In this document: positions 1 through 14,639 of the stretch, one piece after another
Position numbering within the stretch: position 1 is the stretch's first letter
Layout: each line of letters starts with the position of its first letter
DNA from: Adineta vaga
Taxonomy: Eukaryota > Animalia > Rotifera
NCBI GenBank assembly: GCA_021613535.1
Contig: CP075497.1
Location: 2,294,001-2,358,000, forward strand
DNA: 64,000 nucleotides
Reading direction: 5' to 3'
Notes under the pieces: model-generated
What the model saw: the letters and a program-made list of their open reading frames with translations, nothing else
The model's database searches: none
Told to the model about the DNA's origin: nothing
Made by a program: the position numbers and the translations under genes

Positions 1-3000
1 TTTTGTGTGTTTTGTAGAAGGTATTAGTTATGACCCACGATTGAATCAAATCATTTCATGTTCGAATGATTCACAAACAGCTGTTGTCATTGGTTGTATT
101 CGAACAAGTCCAAGTGCAGAAATTCAACTAACTGAAAATGGTTTTTCTGAGCTCAAATCTCGTCCAATCAAATCAGCTGATCCAAAATCACGCAAACATC
201 GACAAACAGCATTGGCAGGTTAGTCATCATCATGTCTCTCTCTCTCTCACTCTGTTTCTATATTAATTGCATCGATGAATAGAAATCAGTGAAGAGAAGG
301 CTGCATCATTATCATCACGTGCTCGAACGAAACGAGATTCGATAGTATCTCATCAGACTCATTCATCTCAAGATACTCATTCACGAAAAGTACCTGGAAA
401 TGAAATGAGAACTGACTCGACGAACATGGCAACGACCACAGCAGCGGGTGGAGCAGACGGAAGAAAAAATGGATCGGTTCGTGGTCAATCAATCATTCGT
501 GCTGCTCAAACACGATGTGATGTTGATCAAACAGTGTTCAAAGTGCAGAAAGGTGTTCGAACATTTGATTTATGTATAGAAAAGAATGTTCTTGTGACTG
601 GTGGAATGGATCGTGTTGTGAGAATTTGGAATCCATATTTACCATCTCGACCAGTTGCTCGCCTTCGTGGTCATAGTGCACCTATATTTCTTGTGAAAAT
701 AGCCATGGAAGATAATCGATTATTTTCGATCTCCACTGACAAAGCTGTACTGGTAAGCTTAGTTTTACTTATTTTATTAACAAAACACAGTTTACTTTTC
801 GGCAACATGTGCTTTTTAAGTCAATATATAGAGAAAAACAAAGGACTTTTTTAAAAACTATTCATCATACAAAGCAAAACAAACAAAATAGATATTTTCT
901 TATATCCAATTTATCTTCCCTTCATTCTTACGTATTTTTCTATGCATTTTTTTCTTTTTCAACGGTGGACCATAAACAAGATTTTTCTTCAATGGAGGAA
1001 GCGTCACTGGGTCGCTTGGTATAACGTTAAGAAATGATGGAATTGACGCGAGACTGTAATTGAAATGTTTTGATATCCAATCGATAGCAAAGTTATCTTT
1101 TCGTAGTTTTCCTTGCCGTGTGTAGAGACGTACTGCATACATCCATGATATATCATTCCATATCGAATGATATTTCATATTGGTCCATGTGTAGTTCTTT
1201 TCAAGTGGAGTTTTCCATTTGTTTTTTCCATATTCTCGATCGAGATATTCAATAGGTGAACATGGAACTGAGAAACGATAACCAAATAGATCACATGAAC
1301 ATAATTTTTCTAATAACGGAAGAGTACGTCTAAAATATTTAAAAAAGACGAAGTTACATAATATTCAAAGATGAAAGGAAGTTGTTCTAAGAAAATCTAT
1401 CGTAATAATATATCGGAGATTTCAGTTTTTTAGAAATTAATGGTTATATATCCATTTGTATGTCTAATAGTGATGAATCACAGAAAATAACAGAGTGTGT
1501 AGCAAAAGAAAAGTTTAACTTATTATTACAGTGTTTATACTTCTTTCGCATTTACGTAGACCATGAATTAAAGAAGTAACAGGAAAGTAAAGGGACAAGA
1601 CAACGGAAATAAAACCGTTTCGATTTTGTTTTTTTTATTTAGTTTTCAATGACATGAAGCAACCGTTGAGTAAATCGACATTATTCATTGTAGAGTTTCA
1701 TGATTAGAACAAATACTATTCACTCAATTACTATTTGTATAAAAGAGACACTTGACTCTCTATAATTGACTTGAGAGTTTCCTGTTCTTTCCATTTCATG
1801 TTTCTAATTTCATTCGCTCTATGCTTTCTTTATATTGAATCTATATTAAAAACGACATAATTCTTCCACTATGTCTATTCGTATTAAATCTCATTATCAA
1901 GACATGTGGTTCTATCATAGAGTAACTTCATCTAATCTGTATATAATTATAAGCAAAATCGTACCTAAATTTGACTCGATTTATTTGATAACCACACCAA
2001 CGATGATCACCATTGCGATATGCCCAAAATAGATCCAAGGTAAATCGTCCTGTATAGAGACGAAATTCTAATGAATCATTTACCTATTAGTAAACTTCCA
2101 AATTAATTTGCATAAAAATTATAAGAATTAAAATCAACTACATACAAGTCCTAGTGCACCCCAAAGATACGTGATAGGATTTCCTAGGAAATAACGTCGT
2201 ATATTTTCTTCATATTCTTCAGCATACAAACCAAAATCAGCATCGAGAGTAAATGGTATCAAACCACAATGACGATACCAACCTTTTTTCAATAAATATT
2301 CATTTATAATCGAGGATAAATATCCGACTTACCAAGTAAAGTACCCCCAGCAAGCCAATATCGTTTTTCTAATTTATCTAAGGCAAATGCAATATTTCTC
2401 ATAGGTATCACACTGATATTCAATTGACTAGCATTTTGATAGATATGAAGTTCATTTTCCATTTGATCAGCTAAATGACGATTACAATGAAGAAATTCAG
2501 ATGTTTCATACAACCAAATGAAATGTGAAACATTCCTTGGATAATAAAATAAATATTCATCTAATTCACTTTCAATACTAACATAGAAAATAAACAAACA
2601 AACAAACAAACATTTCTTTCATCATTTCGAAGAGATCTTACTGTTCAACAGCACGTAGTTTATCACCATAGGAGAGATGAATCTGATCAGAGAGGAGAAA
2701 ATGATTTTGATGAACAAGATAAAATGAATGATATCGATGTAGAACAGCTAAATGAAGAATTTTGTGTTCATAGTTAATAAAAATATGATCGATAGAAGTT
2801 TTATGATTTGTTAGAATAGTGGTTGATGTTTGAATAGAAAAAGGAGTATTTTGAAGTGTTTGTAATAAGAGTTGAACTGATTCATCGATAATAGCAAATG
2901 TTATTAATTGTTTGTCTAATTCATCGAAGGGTAATTGATAAATATAAAGAGATTCGAGAACAAATGGATCGATTAAGAGTATTTTAAAGTTGGATTGATA

Positions 3001-6000
3001 TAAATGATTGATTATAAAGAAAAATGATGAGTTTGAAGAACGTTTTGGTCGATTTAACTTCTACACAAAGAAAAAGAAAATCATTTCGATTTATCATTAG
3101 TTACGTTTATTTACTTGATTGTTTTGTAAATCTATCGATTGTTTAAAAGTTTGAATAGCAAACCAGAGACAAATATAAAGAAAAAATAAGAATAAAATCA
3201 CCGATTTATGATGATATAAAAAACGAAGTAAACCCATCGACTTTAAGTTAACATGATGAATAAAAGAAATGATGATCGTACCAATGCATATAATTCTATT
3301 TCTTTCTACTAATCTAATCAAATACAATTACCATGACAGGAAAAAGTCTAGCTATTACGATTGAATTCATTAATATGATAGATTAGATTGCATTGAATAA
3401 TGTATAAGTAAAAATTTCAACTAAAAGAAAAAACGAGTAACATATCATTTATATGCTTTATTAAATCTTATCTCAATGTCTTATCATTGTCGAATAAAAC
3501 GAGTATCTCTTTACGCGTATCAATGTCGAATTTTTGAAAAGAGAATCACCTTTGTTATAATGATAGTTGAGTACATTTATTAACTGAGTTTCCTGTTGAA
3601 ACTAATGAATTAATCTGTATACTTACTGAACTTTTTCTTTTGCTCTTTACATGCTGAATTGAACTGAGTCAGCATGTCGTGTATTTAAGAAGGAAATATG
3701 AGAGAATAGAGTGAACGGAACTAAAGAACAATAATCTGAAAAATGCGTCTTGTCATCGATTCTCAAGAGACTGGATTGAACGTTTCTCCTTTCTGTCTAA
3801 TTTTTTTAGCTTTTTGTATTCTCGAAGTACTTAATGATATAGATTTACACATACATTTTCATTGAATAGACGAAAACGCGATAAAACATAGAATGTCAAT
3901 TATCGAAATTTTATTCGTTTGGTCCAAGGTGAACATGTCAGTAGGCATACTCTTTGATGAAAAATGAATATAAAACAACTCACAAGCTGGTGTTGTAAAT
4001 CAATGAAGGAGAGAAGAAAAGACGAATAAATGTGCGTCCCTCTTCTCATAATCAAAAGAACGAATATAAATATACACATCTACTCACCCTCTAGCAATGT
4101 GATATTGTTGTATAGGTGGAGAATCAGAACGCCGTGACTTGTCACTTGATATAGTATTATTCTGAAGAGAAAAAAGACAAGTTTAGTCTTAGTCTCATTG
4201 ATTTACTTTTGATTTTGTCAATAGACGAAATAAACAAAACGATTTCTACTTAATTGGATCAACTCGCGGTGAACAAATTTTATTAAATAAAGACTATGTC
4301 TCGTTTATATAAACAAATACTTTCTCTCACGTTTCTTCTTCGTTCTTCATATATTTGATTTACCTGTATCAATAAACATACCCAAAGGAGAGAAAGAAAT
4401 AACAAAAAAAAAGAAATTAGTGATAAAACTTGCCATATGAGACAGTTAAGTGTAGTGAACGAATTACTGCTTTAAACGAAATATATGTGAGAGAAGAAGA
4501 AAAAGAAAGAGACAATAGAAATAAATATTGAACTTTATCAAAAGAAAAAAAAGTCTATCAAAACTAATCAATTTTGTTTTTTATTTAGGTATGGGATCTA
4601 ATTGAACATACACTTCTCGCTTGTATTCGACCAAAAGTTCACAAAATACGTGGAGATCTACAAGCTGTTTCTTATAATCATCACACACGTTCTCTTCTCT
4701 TTGCAAGTGAACAAATTACATTTCTTAATCTCAAATTACGGTTACTTGCAATCTCTTCTTTTTCTCCATTCACTCATTTCTTCTTTCATTCTTCATAGAC
4801 CTTATCTTCATGCTGATGTTGTTGTTTCACATTATGAATCCATTCTTGGTCTTCTATTCATCAAAGAATTTAAACAAGTCATTTCATGTACTGAACATGG
4901 TGTTGTTCGCTTATGGGATTTTCTAACAGGAAGAAAAGTTCATGAATTTCAAGCACATCAAGGTCAAGCGATCACATCGATGGCATTAGACACAACTGAA
5001 CGAAGACTTGTCACTGGTAGTCGAGATGGATCATGTGCCATTTGGAATGTTCACAATGGACAACTACTCAAAATATTCAAAAAACCTCATGGTTTCAACA
5101 CTTCTTCCTCTCACATTCTCATACACACCTTCTCTTCTTTCTCCTTTAGATTCACTCGAAATCACTGCTGTGGCATTTGTTGTTGTCAACAATAATTGTT
5201 CAATCTTAGCTGTTGGATGGGATAAGCATGTCAATGTTTTCAATGATGATCGAGAACAAATCAAACAAGTGTGTTATCCAGATGATCGATTTTGTAAAGG
5301 TGATGATGTTCATCATGGTCATCGTGATGATATTCTATGTATCGATAAATCTCAAGGTGATTTGATTGCAACTGGTGATTATGGTGGAACAATTATTGTT
5401 TCGAATCTGTCAAGTAAAAAGATCTTTGCTACTCTCAAATATACAAAACAACAACATCAAGATTCTCACGGAGATGAAGACAAAGATGAAGGTGAAGGTG
5501 AAAAAGAATTCTTTGAGATGAATGAACTTTCCATATGTTGTAGAGAATCCAAATGATCGAGTTGTGAGTCGTGTGATATTTATTGATTCGAGATTTGGTC
5601 GACATGATTCAGCTAATCTGATTAGCAGTGGTCCATATGGTGAAATTCATTTTTGGAATATTTATAAGAATGGAGTTTTGATGGCCAAGTTTCGACCAGT
5701 AAATCTCTTTTCTTTTCTTTTCTTTTCTCATGTAATCGAATGGAATGGAATGGAATGAAATGAATGAATGATTGTTTAGAATCGAGAAAGAAAAACTATA
5801 GTCACTCAAATCAAACTTGATCACACATGTCGATTGTTATTTGCTGCTGATTCGTTAGGTAATTCACTCACTTCTGTCATTACGACCATGTCACTTCTTC
5901 TATGTCTGTGTAGGATTTTTGTTTATCTATGAAGTGGAAAGATATGCACTTCATCATGAATCAAGTCCACCTCATCGTAAGTTTCATGTTGATCAATAAT

Positions 6001-6824
6001 TGTTACCATGCATTGTTTCATTCTCAGGTATTCGAAGTTGGCGAGGTCATGTCGATAGTGTCACTGGTCTCGAATACATTGAACAAGGTAATCACCCATT
6101 CTTCACAAGTTCCAGTCTCATCGATTCATTCTCATAGCTCAAGTGATCATCACTTCTTCACTCGATTGGACTCTTCGATTGTGGAATCTACATGGCAATT
6201 TCATCGGTAAATCACTTTTGATCTCTTCTTCACTAATCCATATATATATATGTATATATCGAATGATACTATGAAAAGGTACCTTTGGTCAATCTCTTCC
6301 ATGGAATCTGTATGATCCTGCAACATATCAGCATCCATCAGTACCTCTCGATGTTCTCACTGATCCAAGAAGTTTACCCACGAAGATAGTTCCAAATGAA
6401 CAAGACGAAGAAGAAGAAGAAGAAGACAAAGACAAAACAACAATAACAGCGACAGTAGTAGGATTTGAATTTTTGCGAAGAAGATAACTATTGAATGATG
6501 ACATAGGTACCAAGTACAGTTGTACATAAACATACTGTGATTGATGATGAGACAATTGCAAATAATGTTCATGATACATTGAGTAGAGTTCGAGAAGTTC
6601 AATCAGCTGGATTAGCTGGTAAAAGGTGAGTTATGAAAATACTATTTGAAAATGATCCTAAAATCTGTGAATATATGAATGTATGTGATAGACTTCGATA
6701 TTTTCATGATAAACCAAATGTTGCAATTCGTCGTGATGGTTCGAGTCATTATCAACATTTGCGTTGTTATGCTATTGATGACAATCCTCCAACGATGTCA
6801 ACATTAAACAATGCAACAGTTTAA
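1..6824 (+). CDS. EF-hand/WD40 protein of the WDR49/WDR64/WDY family, copy 1 (5'-partial, multi-exon)
   Basis: WD40 exons: LVTGGMDRVVRIWNPY..LRGHSAPIF, VRLWDF..FQAHQG, LVTGSRDGSCAIWN, HGHRDDILC. Short GT-AG introns and one large intron ~753-4588. Stop at 6824. Near-identical to 16711-22421. Confidence 0.85.
900..3237 (-). CDS. Fukutin/LicD-family phosphotransferase, nested antisense in the WD40 copy-1 intron (6 exons)
   Basis: N-terminal type II TM segment (SVILFLFFLYICLWFAI). Spliced core reads YWLAGGTLLG|WYRHCGLIPFTLDADFG ... DSLEFRL ... LDLF ... VPCSPIEYLDREYG, which matches the LicD/fukutin motif pattern including DxD. Confidence 0.85.
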
Positions 6825-7979
6825 TTTAGTAATTCAGTGAAATGAGAGTATGATAAAAAAAAACAATTGTTAATACATTTTTCATCTTTTTTTTGTATAA
6901 ATATTGACAAACTGATGATGATTTTGTAAGAGAGGCGATTACGAAAAGAACTTATTCAAGTAGGTCAGTTAAATGATGTAATTAAACAGAATCTTACCTT
7001 TATAATTTAATCGACTGAGCAGTATTTTCAGAGATGAAGAATGCACTCGTTGGTGTTGATTGATAATCAGAAGAGCGCTTGGTCTATCATTTCATTATTC
7101 TGATTACATAGAAACGTTCTAATTTAATTCATACAAAAAACGGTGAATGCGTAGACGCTGTTGCGTTCGTAATAAATGGTTACGAACGAAATGAAAACGA
7201 TATTTTCTTTTACAATAATATTTGAAGAACTGTATATGTTGGCTTTCGATATGATTTCACTTGACAACCATTGATGCAACTAATACTGATTCTTTCCGCA
7301 TTGAATCAGAAAGCAACATATGAGCAAAATTATTCAAATAGTATGCTGAATCGATGGCATGTAACAAAATAAAAGTAACAATCCAAGGGTTATGAAGATG
7401 CATTGTTCATTCTGAAGAATTTGTTCTTTGAATTCTAATGATGCACATTTTTTCTTATTCCGTCTATCAAAAAGTAAAGAATGTATGAGCATCCATTGTT
7501 TACTATCGTTACTAACTCATATTGACTTGGTTTTTTTTTATACAAATAATGTTCGAAAAACAAATGTTGACTTAAATGAATTGAATTTGTCGTCGTTGGT
7601 AATTCATCAAGTCTTCTTCTGACCGATGGATTAAATCAAATGAAGTGGTAACTGAAAATGGAGGGTAACAATAAAAAAACAACATTTGATATAGAATTAA
7701 AGAGAGAAAATACGTTCAAGGTAAAAGTTACTCAGCTTGGAGATAAATAGTTTCACTTACGTTCTCACATGGGAACTATACTTGATGAAAAGAAAAGCAA
7801 GAATATGAATCCATAGATACATATTTTATTCTGCTTAACTTCGAATCATGGATATAGATACTATAAGAAACTTCGAAGCTATAAGAGATCGAATGAATCA
7901 AGTACATTAGATTTCATATTAAAGAACGACATACAACAAATAAAAGGAGATGATAGAATTGTTCTTTTTCTCGTCTGGT

Positions 7980-9026
7980 CTAGTGAATTTCGGTTCCACG
8001 ACCGACTGTTAGTGTAGTTGCAATTTTAGTTTGTACATTTGAAAACAATCGACGAATTATTTTAGTTCGAATGATATTTAAAAGTTCTCGTCGAAATATT
8101 TGTGATGATATAGTAAAATTAACAAATGTCAATGAAAATCCTAGATAAACCAGAACATATGTCATATTACTAAGAAATGTTTCCGTAGTCGAACGTAATA
8201 ATGATTTGGAGCTATGCATCGTAAATGATTGATAAAGAAGGTAACATGGATTTGGTACATTAAGAACTATGAAAAGGACAATTTGATTTATTAACATTTT
8301 ATGAAGTTGACCATCTGTTTTCGAGATTTTAGTATTGTGAACAAGTCGACCATCATTTTGTGCCATGATTGGACAAATACGTTGAGTACTTTTATGGATA
8401 TTTCGAACAGTTAACAATCCGAAAATTAGCATTAGGATAATCGGAAGAATTCCACTGTCTAATGCAATATAAATACTAAAAAATGTTCCATAAGTTCCAC
8501 CTTGATATTGACAAGATTGGTTTCGAAGTTGATAGAAAACAAGAACTTGAATATACATAATACACCAGAAAATAATCATGCCAATAATAACACGTACGGC
8601 AATCTTTGATGAACTCCATTGACGTTGAACAACATCTCGACTACTAGCGAAATATCGATCAATTGAAGCTATGATAATATTATAACGAGAATTGGCAATA
8701 CAAAGATAAAATAAATAATATCGAACTTTACAAAACCAAAGATCAGTATTGACTATCTGAATATCGAAACCATATTGAAGCATTCGAGTAAATAGAGCAA
8801 AATTGTAGGTGAAAAATTGTGCAAAACTAGACGCAAGAAAATACATAGCACATGGACTCTTACGAAATATTGGTTGATAAAAAACTAAGCATGTTAAAAC
8901 CGCGCCGATATTACCCATAAGCCAAATAAGACCTAAACCATATTGTGAGATAGTCTTATTTAAAAATTTAATAAGATTTATTAAATTTGTCTGATCATCA
9001 ATTGTCGCGATAGTTGTAGCGTTCAT
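7980..9026 (-). CDS. Rhodopsin-like (class A) GPCR, single exon
   Basis: 348-aa ORF with 7 hydrophobic segments, GN in TM1, C before TM3, SIDRY motif and a helix-8-like FRRE. Confidence 0.88.
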   Translation of the reverse strand: MNATTIATIDDQTNLINLIKFLNKTISQYGLGLIWLMGNIGAVLTCLVFYQPIFRKSPCAMYFLASSFAQFFTYNFALFTRMLQYGFDIQIVNTDLWFCKVRYYLFYLCIANSRYNIIIASIDRYFASSRDVVQRQWSSSKIAVRVIIGMIIFWCIMYIQVLVFYQLRNQSCQYQGGTYGTFFSIYIALDSGILPIILMLIFGLLTVRNIHKSTQRICPIMAQNDGRLVHNTKISKTDGQLHKMLINQIVLFIVLNVPNPCYLLYQSFTMHSSKSLLRSTTETFLSNMTYVLVYLGFSLTFVNFTISSQIFRRELLNIIRTKIIRRLFSNVQTKIATTLTVGRGTEIH

Positions 9027-10084
9027 TGTTATATTATTCGTTAATTTAAAAATCTAAATTAGAAAATACTTGATAGTCGTGTAATTTATCAGTTCCACTT
9101 TCTTTAGCTTATCTCTCGATGATGGACTGTTGCAGAAACATCGTTGTGTAATGCTTTTATACTAGATACATATCAATGTAGTCTTTCAATAGAGATTTTT
9201 CTTTGATAAATTCACGTATCGGAAGATTAAACAATTTACAACTCTTGATAATATAATGATGACATACTCAATAGGATTTTTCTCTGCTGAAAGACTTGTA
9301 CAGCAAGATTATTATTCATAAAGCATCATTAAAAGCAATCATGCCGAGATTAAAATACCCAGAAAACAATAATAAGTATGCATCTTATATTAATCCGACG
9401 AGTACCTTAGTGAAAGCTCGGTCAATTTATGTTTTATTGATCTTTTAGTAAATTGATTACAAAAGAATAAATTATGAATTTTTAATCAGACTACATTGTT
9501 GATATTTATTTGTTCATACAGATGAAATCTTGGAAATATCTTAACATATGGTTTGAAATAAGATGATATTCATATATTTAGATTATTAACTTCATTTATT
9601 TAGCCAAATTTTTCCATCTATTCTACAGGAAATAATTTATTCTTGTAATTTGAGTGCGAAATACACTCAGAGGTACATCTCTGGCCTCTGCATAGTCTTT
9701 ATTCGTTCAATTAAAAAAACATCCGATAGTATTTATTGACATATATGAATTTTCATATTCGAATCGAATAATTTCCAATTTAGTTTATTCAAAACGAAAG
9801 CTAACTGCATGATGTCATTGAACATACATGTTTTAACCGTTGTTTATTGATTCTAGAGAAGGACATGTTACATCACTCGTCATATGCAGTTTTATTTTAT
9901 TAACAATGAAGTTTTAATTAAATTTTCTGATTAATTATGGTTGAAAATTCTTTAGTTTAGAAATGTGTAATCGACTTGTTGACTAAGTAAAACTGTTTCT
10001 TATATCTTTTGGTGTTCTACTTATAACGATTCTTCGTTTTATATTTTTCGAAGTGTTGAGATTTTAGATTAAAATTGTAACATC

Positions 10085-11030
10085 ATGAACGATAAAACTG
10101 ATTCTTTCACAAAATTCTTGAAAACATTAGAAAAACAACGAAATGGAGATCATGAATTATATATTCCATTACCCTCAAACGAACACTTCTTCTTACGGGA
10201 TCGACGCGAGCTGGCAAATCAACTATTATTCAAACTCTTCAAAATAGTCTTTACATACCCGAAGAACCTACTCTCTATTCAGCTACACGAATAGCTGAAC
10301 TTCGAGATATTGCTGGTCTTCATATTATCGATATGCCCGGTTTCAATGATACTCAATCAACACATACACAACTAAGCAATCCTTCAATTTTGAATATGAT
10401 AAAAAAACCAAATTAAAATCAATGGTCCGATTGATCTCTTTGTCTTCGTTTTTAATCTCTACGGTGGAATCAATAAACAGGATATTGATACACTTCATAT
10501 TGTACAATCATTTAAAAGACTTTTTTCAAGAAGAGATTCTTTTCGTTGGTTGCCTTCGATACGAATCAATTCAACAAAGAGATGAAATCACCATTCGAAA
10601 TCAACATCAAACTATTCTTGAAATGCGCAAAAGATTCATTGAAAAATGTTTTGAACATATACCAACATTTCATTCATGATCTACAAACAAGTTCTTCTCG
10701 AAATCATTCATTATTTCAGCTATTCTAAATGTTAATTTCAATGCAATTAATACTTTACTCAATCAAACATCTGTCGATTCACACAATAATACTAATAATT
10801 CAATATTCTATCAGATAAATTCAACTGATACCGAAGAATATTCTCTAAGAAATGAAACGTTATATAATAATCTCACAGAATTAATTCTGCAGTTTCCATC
10901 TGATATTATTGAATTGAAAAGAAAGGAAATCACTAATGAAGATTTGTATAATTTGTTACAAGAAATCTGATTCGAAATGCGTATGTGGATGGCTGAAATG
11001 AACAAAATATTAGAGAAAATCGAGAGAGAT
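10085..11030 (+). pseudogene. Decayed P-loop GTPase-like gene (AIG1/GIMAP-like)
   Basis: Frameshifted pieces give TLYSATRIAELRDIAGLHIIDMPGFNDT (G2/G3-like) and GGINKQDID. No G1 motif is visible and the frame shifts several times. Confidence 0.5.
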
Positions 11031-11379
11031 GGTTGAATTAATCGACAGCGTAAGAATATGCGATATACTTCTGAAAAGAATTCAAATTTTGATTAAATGA
11101 CAAATAAAATACATATATTAGATCTTTTTTCTATCGATGCTTTTACAAAATATTCTCTTCTAGATTTACTTTTCATCAAATGGCTTCTCGTGATACAACA
11201 CAACGACGAGTAGATCATTCTTTAAATGTCTCAACATCATTTTCCTTTTCTTTCCTCCTAGAATCCAGCATCAGGTACTACGAACGACCATCAAAACAGT
11301 AAGCCCACATTCCAATAAGTCTCTTCATAAAAATCATCAATATTCCAGATCAGAATGTTCGATCAAACTTCATTCAGAT

Positions 11380-11600
11380 GATGACTACACTTAATACCAA
11401 TATCGGTAGTACTATGGCATATAAATTCCGTCGATGTGAACAACGAACGATGATAGTTCTTGAAAGAGCACGTGTAGGAAAAACTACTCTAATTAGAATG
11501 CTTTTCGAACCTGTTTTTGTATGAAATATGCCAAATCTTTTTTCTCATATCACGTCAAGAAACATTCCATATTCAATATTCATCATCAACTCGGAAGGTT
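11380..11600 (+). pseudogene. 5' fragment of a P-loop GTPase
   Basis: Reads MAYKFRRCEQRTMIVLERARVGKTTLIRMLFEP, a degenerate Walker A, after which the frame is lost. Confidence 0.4.
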
Positions 11601-11822
11601 TACTTTTAAAATATCAAGTACTGTACATAGTCTTCACGAACGATATCAAATAACGTTCATTCTGAAGGTTTTTGCACTTCTAGTGATTCTCGTTTTATTT
11701 CTATGTTTACTCGCTGTAATAGTGCGTCCGAAGAGAACTTGACTAATATTTTGGAAAACACGATTGTTATTTAGATGATAATATAGTTTTGTATTCTTGA
11801 AGTGACAAAACATTGACATATT

Positions 11823-12869
11823 TTATTCAAAATTATTATCATCATCAGAAAACACTGTAGATTCTGGATGAATTTGATTTGGTGTTGAAGAACACCAACG
11901 TTTCATTTGTTGCCAACATTTCTTTGTTAGATAGTATTTGACTTGACGGCGATACCGTAATGATGAGAACAAATATACATAGAAATCAATCTAAATAAGA
12001 ATGGAAGATAAATCGAAAATATGAAGAAACGAAATTACCGAAAAATTAAAATTGTATAACGAATAAACAAATGCTCGGATCAATTTTTGATTGGCGAATC
12101 GTAAAAGATTAGTTTGATCGACATAATCATTGATTTCATAAATACGAAAACAATTAAAAGGAAGTGCCAGAATAACGAAAAAGATGACACGAATCAAAAT
12201 CATAGCCGTTATTTGTTGATCAATTCGTCGACGTGCAATCGGTATTTGTCTTCGAACAATACGGCGAACATTTTTAAAGGCAATTAAACTAGATAGCGAA
12301 GCGATCGTAATCGGAAGAAAACCTACTAAAACTGGATAATAGAAGTAGGTGGAATATCGAATCCATACTGAATTCCATAAAATACATCCCGATAAGGGAT
12401 TTATATAAAAAAATATTGAAAATAAAATACTATGTGAAAGGGAAAGACAAACACATATGAAGATAGTAAATTGAGCTGTTTTATGTGTAAGCATTTGTTT
12501 TAAATATAAACGGTAATTTGTAGAGCAAAATTGATCGAAAGCTGAGAAAGATATGATATAGAATGTGATCAAAGATGTTGTTTGAAATGTCAAATATCTT
12601 AATCGACACCAGGTTATTGAAAATGTAATGAAATTCTCACTGTAGATTGATATGACAACAGATGATATGAGACTTAAAATTTGATTACAAGAATTCGAGA
12701 TTGATAAGGTTGTTAAATATAAACTATATCGATTCGTTCGAAATGCTTTCAGATTCTTTAAAACTAATATATTCAAAGTATTACCAATAAGACCCAAAGT
12801 AAGTGCAATACAATTGGTATAAAACGTATATCGCGCAATAAAGTCGAGGATTGTTTTTGATGCATCCAT
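11823..12869 (-). CDS. Rhodopsin-like GPCR, 2 exons
   Basis: 7TM ORF (GN, WCRLR, AFDQF). Intron ~12038-11991. The last exon reads IDFYVYLFSSLRYRRQV...NFE* with the stop at 11823-11825. Confidence 0.85.
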
Positions 12870-14639
12870 CAGTGATAAACTCGAGAGAAAAATGATTAAA
12901 CGAAGTTTGCTTCTTCGCTGTTTAGCTTTTTCTTAATATTTCATTGCCCCCAGATTAAAGAAAGTTGGACCGGCATGTCATCAACGGCAGTAAGCATCAT
13001 AATTCCAATCTTCTTAGTAATAATCATTCGACTGACAAAGCCAACTCCGAGCTAATTACTTTCCAGATTTTTACCTTTGCAATTATTAAATGCCATGTGA
13101 AATTAATAATATTTCTTAAACAAGACATGGTTATGTTAGACAATATGAATTCAATCCTTTGCTTTGTCATGTATTTCTTTGACAATATGGGAAAAGTCCG
13201 AATTCTTCCACATTCACGGCCTAGATGATGGAGTTATATCTCATTTCAACAATAATCTAATCTTTTGATGAAATATGAGTTATAAAACTTCACATAAATC
13301 CACACATTCAAGATGATGGACATGTTTTTAATAAAGTTGAAGTCCTCATTAATATACTAATTCAAAAACAGAAAAAAAAAGTTACTTACACTATGCGTGA
13401 TCGTCTTATTAAACCTGAAGCGTGGATTTGGGTTATGACGACTTTTATTTGTGTATCTGCAGCTGTTCTGTGCAAAACCAGAATATATAATAGATTGGAT
13501 AAATACTTGTTACACATGAATACAAATTGATGTCGCAATTGTTTTGAAACGAGAAATGATAATTATTAATTGAAAGTGACCAAGTTAATGTCAGTTAAGA
13601 ATTTAGTGAATTTGTGCGATGTACGTTATACATTCGTTTCATTGCATAGAAATAGATGAGAACAGTCATGAGAAAACAAACTCTAATTATTTGATAATTA
13701 TTTAATTTTCTCTCGACAACTTGTTTTTGCTTGAAATAAAATACCTTGATAATGGTTGTCTATTTATGAAGATGGATTTATAAGCATGTATGAAAAACAA
13801 TTATACGAAGATCTTCCTTTGTTAAAGAATATTGAAAATATTTATGAAGTTCTAGTATAAGTATGTAATAAATCATATTTTCATAGTAAAAACACAGTGT
13901 ATATCGTAATCAATAGTTCATATGTATTTAGGCAATAAAACTATCGATATAGCTTTGTTTTTGATGAAGTTAATTCGATCAAATAACAACAAAAGATGAT
14001 GTTGTTGTAGTCTAACAAAAATAAACACAGATACACACACAAAAGATAACATCACATTATCATCCGTCACTCTAGTTTTACAAACATTCACTCATATTCT
14101 CATCAAAATACAACAATTCCATTCCATTTTGTCTCTCTCTATCTCCCACATCATATAAACGAAATCGCTAGTTCTCTGGCACACTTGGTGTCAACAACAT
14201 TCAAATCTCCTTCGACTCACCACTGGTATATTTCATACCAGCCTTTCCTTTTTTCTCTGTCTGAATTCATAATAAAAAGATTTAAGAATACCATAACATT
14301 TGTGATGTAAACAGTAATGTTTCTTAAACAAATAATCATCAACATACTTCGTCGTTCTTTCTTCTCTTTATTTTTTTTGCATGTTTATAAATCTTTTCAT
14401 TTTTCTTTTTTTCTCGTCTCAATGAAAAACTTCATTCGTTTGTTTATTCACTCTTCTTCTTCCATTTCTCACTCGTTTTCACTAACAACAGCAACAACAT
14501 AACTCGCCTTCTCAACCATCCATGTTGATATGTTGTTGTGTTGTCGATTGCACAAAAACACAACTATCCATCACTTTCATTCTCGAATTTTCTTTAATTT
14601 GACAGATCTCACATCTATTCCTTCTTCTTTCTTCTAGAC

